Origin: Verrucomicrobiales bacterium
Lineage (GTDB): Bacteria > Verrucomicrobiota > Verrucomicrobiia > Verrucomicrobiales > V1-33
Direction of reading: 5' to 3'
NCBI GenBank assembly: GCA_031411295.1
Contig: JANOAV010000153.1
Span: 1-44,809 of the forward strand
Length of the DNA: 44,809 nucleotides
The stretch's first letter is position 1, and each line of letters begins with the position of its first letter. Below, in pieces: positions 1 to 7,332 of the stretch. Position numbers and translations under genes: made by a program. The notes under the pieces are model-generated. The model was not told the DNA's origin. It was given only the letters and a program-made list of their open reading frames with translations, and ran no database searches.

Positions 1-1
1 A

Positions 2-140
2 AAAACGGATCTGCGAAACGCCATCGAAGCCTTTATCCAAGCCACCAATAATCACCCGCGACCATTTGTGTGGCGCAAGAGAGAGGTCAAAGGCGCCCAG
101 CTTAGAAATACAATTGTTAACTTGTGCAACTAAGCACTAG
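2..140 (+). mobile_element. 3' end of IS630-family transposase gene and right end of the IS (truncated by window edge)
   Basis: Frame from base 2 reads KTDLRNAIEAFIQATNNHPRPFVWRKREVKGAQLRNTIVNLCN* (TAA 131-133), matching the IS630 C-terminal 'I..FI...N..P.PF.W' pattern; followed by GCACTAG, consistent with an IS630 end and TA target. Confidence 0.75.
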
Positions 141-152
141 ACTTAGACTTAG

Positions 153-263
153 GTCGTCATCGCCTTTCGGCATTTGGGCGGAACCGCCCTTAAACCATCG
201 GTTAAGAGGCATCTGGTAACCCCTCTAGTCGTCATCGCCTTTCGGCATTTGGGCGGAACCGCC
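153..263 (-). CRISPR. CRISPR array 1: two perfect 36-nt repeats (153-188, 228-263), one 39-nt spacer, probably interrupted by the IS
   Basis: Repeat on + strand is GTCGTCATCGCCTTTCGGCATTTGGGCGGAACCGCC, identical to array 2; the leader lies on the right side. Confidence 0.93.
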
Positions 264-453
264 CTCCCCCCTTGTAAGTCGTTGAGAATCAACGGCCCAA
301 AAGGGGCTGGGGTAAACTCGCCCGGTTTGGCTAGGATTTTGCACTTCTAAATGAGGGCGGCTCCGCTCCAAAATCGGTATAAGTAGTTGAGAAAGAACAA
401 GTTGTGGCTCGGGTAAAGTCTCCCAGCGTTTTCCGGCTAGGATCGACTTTACC
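264..453 (-). promoter_or_regulatory. CRISPR leader 1
   Basis: 190-bp non-coding block abutting the repeat, colinear and highly similar to 5958-6147. Confidence 0.85.
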
Positions 454-560
454 TGGGAGCAGTTGAGAACGGCTGAGCCCAACAAATATTTACGAGAAAT
501 AAGGGAAAGGGGAAGCATTTTTAATGGGGAATTTGCGGTTGATGCGCGCATAGAGACATT

Positions 561-911
561 CTAGCCAATGAACCAGTGCCGATGCTGGGTCAGGATCATC
601 TGGGTGCCCGCACTCCGCCGCTGGTTAGCACAGGCCTTGTCCAGCGGATAAGCGGCCAAGCAGTCTTCCGTGGGTTTAATGAGGCTTTGCAGTCGGGTCC
701 AGAGTTGTTCGAAGCGTTCCTCCTCCAGCCAGCATTCGAAGAGGCTTTTCTGCACCCGGAGGCCGTAGTCCTCACACGCGATGGCTACGCGGCGGAGGCG
801 CTTGGGGCAGGCAATATCGTAGGCAATGAGGCGGAGCATTTCTTCGTCGGCAGTGGGTTTGGAGTAAGGCGGGGCGGGCGGGAGCAGGAGGTCATACCAG
901 TCGGGAACCAT
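561..911 (-). CDS. cas2: CRISPR-associated endoribonuclease Cas2 with short N-terminal extension
   Basis: LIAYDIACPKRLRRVAIACEDYGLRVQKSLFEC Cas2 signature; directly downstream of cas1. Confidence 0.95.
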   Translation of the reverse strand: MVPDWYDLLLPPAPPYSKPTADEEMLRLIAYDIACPKRLRRVAIACEDYGLRVQKSLFECWLEEERFEQLWTRLQSLIKPTEDCLAAYPLDKACANQRRSAGTQMILTQHRHWFIG

Positions 912-935
912 GACAGTGATGAGTGATGAGTGAAG

Positions 936-1949
936 TTAGTTCATGAGGAACGGGGTGAAAGTGGACGCATCAGTGAGAGCCAGTTTCCAGGACAGGGTGG
1001 TGGCGTCGATCTGATCCCGCAGGGAGGTGCGCTGGCTGGAGTGGTCCAGGAGAAAGCGGGCGCGAAGCCGCTTTTCATATTGCTCCAGAAGCAATCTACG
1101 TCCGGTAAGAGTTAGATAAATGCCGCCATTCTGTGGCTCGAAGTGCTCCGTGCGCAGCACCCGGTGATTAAACAAACGCAAGGTGAGCGGCTCCACCAAT
1201 GCCGGACGGAAGGGTTCCATGAGATCACACGGCAGAGACCACCGGCCATCCTGCGCGGGGTGCAGGTAGCCGAGGGCAGCATCCAACCCCCGGCGGTGGC
1301 AGGCTGCAAGGCATTCTCCATAGACCAGCGTAGAGAGATAGGAAATGACGGCATTCACCGCATTTAACGGAGGATGAGCAGAGCGGCATTCAAAAGGAAA
1401 GGCATCCGGAAGAAAGGCCGCCCAGGCCTTCCAGTAGCAGGCGCTGGCGGCACCCTCTGTGCCCCGCTGCATTTCTACGCCAGTGGCAGCACCTAACTGC
1501 TGCTGAAGCGCTGCCAGTAGGTCCACGGTGCGCTGGGCGTCCGCTGGGGCTGCGGCTTTGCGGCTGGACGTGAGGCGCTGAAGCAGGCGTCGTTGGTTAG
1601 AAATCTTGCTTTCCAGCAAGCGCCTGACCATCACCATGGTATAATTCGCATCCAGACTGCGTTCATACTGGAGCAGGCGGGTGCGGCCTTGGCGTGGTTC
1701 TGCGTTCTGGCACGCGCCCAGTGGCAGCCCGTGCGCGGTGTGGAAAAGGACGGAAATACCCCGGTGCATCAGTGCGCAGAGGGCTGGAGTGGTGATGTGT
1801 GCCTCCTCCGTGAGGATGACGCGATCCAACTCTGCGAGGGGAATTTCCGTCACTATCTCTGCCGCCAAGTCCGTGGCGGGCAGCGTGACGATGAGCCGCT
1901 CGCTCTCGAGGCGGAGCCGGGCTTGTGGGGTTTCGATCCAAGCGAGCAT
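936..1949 (-). CDS. cas1: CRISPR-associated integrase Cas1
   Basis: Motifs RGTEGAASACYW, HPPLNAVNAVISY, LGYLH and CDLMEPFRP; metal-binding E/H/E residues present; 337 aa. Confidence 0.95.
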   Translation of the reverse strand: MLAWIETPQARLRLESERLIVTLPATDLAAEIVTEIPLAELDRVILTEEAHITTPALCALMHRGISVLFHTAHGLPLGACQNAEPRQGRTRLLQYERSLDANYTMVMVRRLLESKISNQRRLLQRLTSSRKAAAPADAQRTVDLLAALQQQLGAATGVEMQRGTEGAASACYWKAWAAFLPDAFPFECRSAHPPLNAVNAVISYLSTLVYGECLAACHRRGLDAALGYLHPAQDGRWSLPCDLMEPFRPALVEPLTLRLFNHRVLRTEHFEPQNGGIYLTLTGRRLLLEQYEKRLRARFLLDHSSQRTSLRDQIDATTLSWKLALTDASTFTPFLMN

Positions 1950-1958
1950 GGGTCAAGT

Positions 1959-3422
1959 TTAGAGTTTAAATTTGATGGAATGCCCCAGCACCGTCACCCG
2001 GAAGGCGGTGGGCCGCGGGAGCAGGCAGCCGCGTTTGCTGCCCATCTCCAAGCCGCAACGAACAGTGCCATTTCTGAGCAGCCTCGTAGCCCAGTGTTTA
2101 GCAATGGCCAGCTTATCTCCCGTGGGAACGGGGTGCAGGCTGGGGCGGCCTTGGTAATCCATACTGGTGGCGCGTCGGGCTGTTTCCGGGGCCGGTTGGG
2201 AGCCTTGCTGGGTGGGCCAAACGTCCTCAGGGCGGAGGCCGCCACAGGTTTCTGCGTGGGCCAATATATCCGCCACATCCTCCGGGCGGTCCGTTGATTG
2301 GAAGTAGGTCATCCAACTGCGGAGAAATTGCGCCATGGCCTGACGGCGGTCATCCACGGTGAGGAAATCTGGCGAGGGTCGCGCTAGTTCGGTGAGTCGA
2401 AGTTTCCCTGCGCCCAGGGCAGACGGAGCGATGCGTAACTGCCAACGGGGAGCGGCTGGATGGCTGCGCCAAAAGCCATAGCCCAGAAATTCCGTCTCAT
2501 TCGCAGGTGCGAGCCCGGACTTCGATTGATTGAGCGTCAAGCCAAGGCTGGCTAGGCTTTGCAGGACGGCCGCATACGTGTCCGCTGGTGTTTCCCATTG
2601 GGAGGAAAAGAGCAAAATGTTATCGGCATAGCGGCAAAATGGACGCTGGGCGGCGTGCTGGGCGGCATCGAAGGGAGTGAGGTAAATATTGGCCAGCAGC
2701 GGGGAGAGTGGGCTCCCCTGCGGAATACCCTCCGTGCTTGGTTGCAGACTGCTGCGGCTGAGCACGGGTGCTTCTAGACTGCGGCTAATGAGTGTCAACA
2801 TTTCCCCTGGCACGCCGCCGGCCGCAAGCTGCGCCAGCAGGGGCGCGTGTGGCACCGTGCCAAAGAAATCCGCCAAATCCAAATGCCAGGCGTGAGCACA
2901 GCCCGCAAACATTTCCCGTGCCGCCTCTACGGCCTGGAGCGGGCTGCGGCCAGGGCGGTAAGCATAGCTCTGCGGCAGGAACCGGGGCTCCCAGTGTGGT
3001 GCCAACACTTGTGCCACCGCCTGCAGCAGGACGCGATCCAGCACGGAAGGAATGGACAGCACCCGGATGCCGCCAGTGGGCTTGGGTATCTCCACCCGCA
3101 GCAATGGCTGAGGCTGCCAGGTGCCTGCCCGCACCGAGGTGGCAACAGGCTGCCAATGCAGGGGGAAATTTTCCTGGAGTTGGCTAATTTTCCACCCATC
3201 CGCTCCGGCACATCCCCGCTTCCTCCGCACTTTTTCCCAAGCGGTGGTCACGTTTCTCTGCTCCAATACTTGCTCCAGGCGGATACCGGAAATGCTATCC
3301 GTGATTGGCGGAACGCTGGGCGGAAATGGGGATGCGGGAGGGATGGCATCGGAGCCAAACAGATCACTATCGTCAGCGTCATCGATGGACCAATCCTGGT
3401 TGGGGAAAATGAAATCAGACAT
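1959..3422 (-). CDS. CRISPR-associated group II intron-like reverse transcriptase (stand-alone, YADN motif)
   Basis: RT0 (AWEKVRRKRGCAGADG), RVEIPKPTGGIRVLSIPSVLDRVLLQA, SYAYRPGRS, LDLADFF, GIPQGSPLSPLLANIYL, RYADNILL, EFLGY, and a domain-X-like FLRSWMTYF; 9 bp upstream of cas1. Confidence 0.93.
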   Translation of the reverse strand: MSDFIFPNQDWSIDDADDSDLFGSDAIPPASPFPPSVPPITDSISGIRLEQVLEQRNVTTAWEKVRRKRGCAGADGWKISQLQENFPLHWQPVATSVRAGTWQPQPLLRVEIPKPTGGIRVLSIPSVLDRVLLQAVAQVLAPHWEPRFLPQSYAYRPGRSPLQAVEAAREMFAGCAHAWHLDLADFFGTVPHAPLLAQLAAGGVPGEMLTLISRSLEAPVLSRSSLQPSTEGIPQGSPLSPLLANIYLTPFDAAQHAAQRPFCRYADNILLFSSQWETPADTYAAVLQSLASLGLTLNQSKSGLAPANETEFLGYGFWRSHPAAPRWQLRIAPSALGAGKLRLTELARPSPDFLTVDDRRQAMAQFLRSWMTYFQSTDRPEDVADILAHAETCGGLRPEDVWPTQQGSQPAPETARRATSMDYQGRPSLHPVPTGDKLAIAKHWATRLLRNGTVRCGLEMGSKRGCLLPRPTAFRVTVLGHSIKFKL

Positions 3423-3467
3423 GGGAGGGTGAAAGGATGAATTTTGAGTTATGAATGATGGCCTCGA

Positions 3468-4730
3468 TTAATCCGGATGGATCACCAATTGCGTAGCATA
3501 GCCGTCCGGCATGAAGGCCCAGTCCGGCACCTCATTGGCGGCAAAGTCCATGGGCGTATGCACATCCAGATAGCGCCGCACTCCGGTGGCCCGATGGCGA
3601 CACTGCACCGGGCCATTGACCGTGATGCGGCAAGGGCCACCGCTACCGTGAATGTTGAGTTCCTGGCCGTAGCGCAGAGTAAAAGATTGAGGGGCACGCC
3701 GACGTTGTTCGGCGGCGGCGGCCTCATCCGCAGCGGCTTTGGCACGGGCGGCAGCGGCGGCTTTGGCCTCAGCCTTGGCTTGCTGTTCCTTGCGCTCCGC
3801 TGCCTCCAATTCTGCGCGGCGTTTGGCTTCCGCTTCGGCGGCCCGGCGTTTGACTTCCATTTCGGCCTCCAGACGGGCCCGGGCTTGTTCCGCCTGAGCG
3901 CGGGCCGCTGCTGCCTTCTCGCGCTCGGCTTCAGCAGTGGCTTTGGCCTGTGCTTGGCGCTCGGCTTCCTCCCGGGCCCGGGTGGCAGTAGCGGTTTTGA
4001 CGTCCGCTTCCAGTTTGGCCCGCAGGGCGGGGGTAACAGGAGTAAGGGACTGGGCCGTCACGGGGTCAAACCCAGGGAGGTTGAAAAAATGCCGCGTGCC
4101 ATCCGCGTGCTCGCTGAACCACAGCAACGGTGTGCCCGTGCCCGGTGAGAACCACGGGGCATCCAGCGCAGTGGAGACTTCACTGAAGCTGATGTGTTCC
4201 CGCTGCCGAAGTTCCAGCGCCACGGCAGGCGTCACGGGTTGGAAGCGGGCCCCGGTTAGTGGGTTAATGCGGTCATAGTAGGACCAGCGCACCGTGTTAT
4301 CTGGATCTATGGCGTAGAAGCGCAGCACCTCCCCCGTCTCCCCGAAGTTAGCCTCCTGCGTGCCAGCCAAGGCAAATCCATGGGTAATAAATGCCACGAT
4401 ACCGGACCAGCGGAAGAACGCCCCCACTTTCTTCCCCAGCCACTGCGGGCAGAAGGCATCCAGTCGGAAATACAACGGGCCACCGACGCCCAGCAAGACC
4501 GCCCCCACTAGCTTTCCTACATGGGGATTGAGCCACCACAGTTGGCGGAAGCCATTTTCAAACCGACCCGCCAGCCAATGGATAAACCAGGCGTCCAATG
4601 CCCCGGTGAGCAGGAAAAGTAGCAGCAAGAGTAAGCCACATCCAGCCGCATAACGCAGCACACGGATGGGCCAGGGAAGGGTGGAAGAAAGGGCATCGGC
4701 CCGGAGCTTAAGGGTGGGAGGAGTGGTCAT
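3468..4730 (-). CDS. Uncharacterised membrane protein: about 3 N-terminal hydrophobic segments, two internal ~40-aa repeats, Ala/Glu/Arg coiled coil, small C-terminal domain
   Basis: 420-aa ORF co-oriented with and 45 bp upstream of the RT. Hydrophobic stretches such as GCGLLLLLLFLLTGAL; repeats ending NPLTGARFQPVTP and DPVTAQSLTPVTP. Confidence 0.8.
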   Translation of the reverse strand: MTTPPTLKLRADALSSTLPWPIRVLRYAAGCGLLLLLLFLLTGALDAWFIHWLAGRFENGFRQLWWLNPHVGKLVGAVLLGVGGPLYFRLDAFCPQWLGKKVGAFFRWSGIVAFITHGFALAGTQEANFGETGEVLRFYAIDPDNTVRWSYYDRINPLTGARFQPVTPAVALELRQREHISFSEVSTALDAPWFSPGTGTPLLWFSEHADGTRHFFNLPGFDPVTAQSLTPVTPALRAKLEADVKTATATRAREEAERQAQAKATAEAEREKAAAARAQAEQARARLEAEMEVKRRAAEAEAKRRAELEAAERKEQQAKAEAKAAAAARAKAAADEAAAAEQRRRAPQSFTLRYGQELNIHGSGGPCRITVNGPVQCRHRATGVRRYLDVHTPMDFAANEVPDWAFMPDGYATQLVIHPD

Positions 4731-4769
4731 GCGCAGAACATGCCGCCACTGTCCATAGATGTAAATTTA

Positions 4770-4785
4770 GCGGATAATTGCGGAT
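4770..4785. promoter_or_regulatory. GCGGAT-N4-GCGGAT direct repeat, candidate regulator site
   Basis: GCGGATAATTGCGGAT, 40 bp upstream of the membrane gene start; the same motif occurs at 13456-13471. Confidence 0.45.
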
Positions 4786-4966
4786 TTTTTTGGTGGTATG
4801 GCAACGGATTTACTGAGCCACCAAGAACACAAAACACCCAAAACAAGGCGCTCGGCCTTTGGGAATGCGGAGCTGCCCGCTGAGCTGCCCAATGACCGGC
4901 AAATTCAGCCCAGCGGGCTGACCCAGATTCCTAAAGGAACGTGTCCCGGCTGTCCCCAGCCAGGAG

Positions 4967-5957
4967 CAGGTCATCGCCTTTCGGCATTTGGGCGGAACCG
5001 CCGAAGCAATACTCAAACAAATCTTTCCTGACACAACTGGGTCGTCATCGCCTTTCGGCATTTGGGCGGAACCGCCTTTCCGCAAAAGTGCAGTAAAGCA
5101 AAATAAATAAAGTCGTCATCGCCTTTCGGCATTTGGGCGGAACCGCCTGAATTTCTTGCAAGGCTCTGTTAGTGTGCGGTTTGGTCGTCATCGCCTTTCG
5201 GCATTTGGGCGGAACCTCCTCAGGAACCTCGACAACCTCAACAGCACACGCTTCGTCGTCATCGCCTTTCGGCATTTGGGCGGAACCGCCCTAAACATGC
5301 AATCCATAATGCTCTTCACAGGATGAGTCGTCATCGCCTTTCGGCATTTGGGCGGAACCGCCTCATTTCGAGTGATTCACGGTTACCAGGTGGTGGTTTG
5401 GCGTCATCGCCTTTCGGCATTTGGGCGGAACCGCCCAAAGACGAGGATTAAACAGAGGCAGGTATTCCCTGCAGTCGTCATCGCCTTTCGGCATTTGGGC
5501 GGAACCGCCCATGAACATATATATTTGGCCTGTCACCGTTTTCATCGTCGTCATCGTCGTCATCGCCTTTCGGCATTTGGGCGGAACCGCCCATTGAATA
5601 GCGCAGGTCCAGGATGAAGGGGTCAGTAGTCGTCATCGCCTTTCGGCATTTGGGCGGAACCGCCCTATGTGAACACGGAAGATGGCACCCTCCACGGTCC
5701 GTCGTCATCGCCTTTCGGCATTTGGGCGGAACCGCCCGTCGCAAAGACTAAGGGCTTTTAAAGCCACAAATAAAGTCGTCATCGCCTTTCGGCATTTGGG
5801 CGGAACCGCCCTGAATGCTTACTGTCGCCCTTAAGCAAGGCTTTGTCGTCGTCATCGCCTTTCGGCATTTGGGCGGAACCGCCCCATAGGGAAGCCGGTC
5901 TGGGCATCAGTTCTATTTGTCGTCGTCATCGCCTTTCGGCATTTGGGCGGAACCGCC
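4967..5957 (-). CRISPR. CRISPR array 2: 14 repeats of 36 nt, 13 spacers (35-38 nt, one of 46 nt)
   Basis: Repeats start at 4967 (degenerate trailer), 5041, 5112, 5184, 5255, 5327, 5400, 5474, 5556, 5629, 5701, 5775, 5848, 5922. Degenerate end at left and leader at right imply minus-strand transcription (GGCGGTTCCGCCCAAATGCCGAAAGGCGATGACGAC). Confidence 0.98.
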
Positions 5958-6147
5958 CTCCCCACTTGTAAGTCGTTGGTAATCAACGGCCCAAAAGGGG
6001 CTGGGGTAAAGTCGCCCGGTTTGGCTAGGATTTTGCGCTCGGAAACATGGGCGGCTCCGCTCCAAAATCGGTATAAGTAGTTGAGAAAGCACGAGTTGCG
6101 GCTCGGGTAAAGTCTCCCAGTCTTTTCCGGTTAGGATCGACTTTACC
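5958..6147 (-). promoter_or_regulatory. CRISPR leader 2
   Basis: Homologous to 264-453; lies between the cmr1 stop and the first repeat. Confidence 0.85.
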
Positions 6148-6249
6148 CGGATTCCCAATGTTTCTATTTCGGCGGGAACCTGAAGGTTACTGCTTACACC
6201 CAGCATGGAATGAGTGCAACGAAGATGGGAATCATTCTAGGTGGGGAGA

Positions 6250-7332
6250 CTATGTTGGAATCCAACTGTGGAGCGGCCCTCCTTTCATCGCCTGGTAGAG
6301 TTCTGATGAGACATTGATCGCTTTGGGTCCCTTCGTGCGCTGCTTGTTCCTCACGCCTGCAGCTGTTTGCCAATTGACCTGAACCTGATGGTTAGCAGGA
6401 AATTGCTTCTGATCCAGAAAGAGGACCAGGGCGATGATCTTTCCATCGCTGAGTCGATGGGGCCTGAGGAGAATGGGTGATGCGAAGCGCTCTTTGCCTT
6501 GATGGGATTTCCGATCCCAAGCAAAGTTCCAATGGACCTCCCCTTCTCTGGGAATGATCTGGGGCATGGGAAGGCCCAACGCGGGCCGATAGGAGATAGC
6601 GATGTCCGTTTGGTTGGTTTTCAAAAGTTGAACCCCCGCATCCCTGTCAGTTGAGATTTCAGGGTTTTCTGAGCGGTGGTGTTTGTCATAAGTGCGCCAG
6701 TCCTTGAGCCAGCGGATGAGAGACGGGTGAGGCTGCCTTCCATTCAATGGTAGTTCCATGAGGGCAACATTTCCAGGAGCATGGAAAAAACGCAACGCAG
6801 ATGCCAAGGACAGCGGTGCCTCCCTTCTAAACGCCAAGGCCCCAAAACCACGCCTGGAACGCATGCCCAAAGCACCCAAGTGGCCGAGCACTGCGAGCAA
6901 AGCGGCAATGGAATCCCACAGGTCAGGGTTTCCGCGCCACAACACGTGGAGCGTGAAGCTGGCGGCTTCTTTCTGCGGAAAAACGTGGCGCTCCTTATCG
7001 CCCATGTCCAACGGCCAGAGGACGTATTTGTTGTCGGGGGTTACGTTCTTTGAAGCATTCGGTGGGCCTTCATCCCGCACTGGCTGTGCAAGCCTGAGAA
7101 TCAACTGGCTTGCATTCGAGTTGTCCTGGCCAGCCGCGGAACCAAAAATTTGCTGCTCTTGTTGCTCAATGCTGGATTGATCTGCCAAGGCTGTAAAACC
7201 ACCAAGGGCGCGGAACCACCAACGGAGCTGGCCTCTAAGGGAGGGGACGCGGATCTCTGCGGCTTTCTCCGGCTCTGCTCCAGCGACCAACGGGAGCGTG
7301 AGGAATTGATAGTGATAGGTTGATTGCTTCAT
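6250..7332 (-). CDS. cmr1: Type III-B RAMP Cmr1
   Basis: EIRVPSLRGQLRWWFRALGG, IFGS, GALGMRSRRGFGAL, RFASPILLRP; ATGA overlap with the cmr6 stop. Confidence 0.9.
   Translation of the reverse strand: MKQSTYHYQFLTLPLVAGAEPEKAAEIRVPSLRGQLRWWFRALGGFTALADQSSIEQQEQQIFGSAAGQDNSNASQLILRLAQPVRDEGPPNASKNVTPDNKYVLWPLDMGDKERHVFPQKEAASFTLHVLWRGNPDLWDSIAALLAVLGHLGALGMRSRRGFGALAFRREAPLSLASALRFFHAPGNVALMELPLNGRQPHPSLIRWLKDWRTYDKHHRSENPEISTDRDAGVQLLKTNQTDIAISYRPALGLPMPQIIPREGEVHWNFAWDRKSHQGKERFASPILLRPHRLSDGKIIALVLFLDQKQFPANHQVQVNWQTAAGVRNKQRTKGPKAINVSSELYQAMKGGPLHSWIPT

Noticed and set aside
225..551. ORFs 225-551 and 5913-6206, similar to each other
   Set aside because: They are translations of the duplicated leader plus repeat, not genes.
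1959..3422. Mobile group II intron, retron or DGR
   Set aside because: No space for intron RNA domains or msr/msd, no template/variable repeat pair seen, and the gene is tightly coupled to cas1.
3690..4020. TolA annotation for the 420-aa protein
   Set aside because: Similarity is limited to low-complexity Ala/Glu/Lys helix; no tolQR/tolB context and multiple N-terminal TM segments.
4798..5744. Short ORFs with repeating AVPPKCRKAMT / GGSAQMPKGDDD peptides
   Set aside because: Artefacts of reading through CRISPR repeats.
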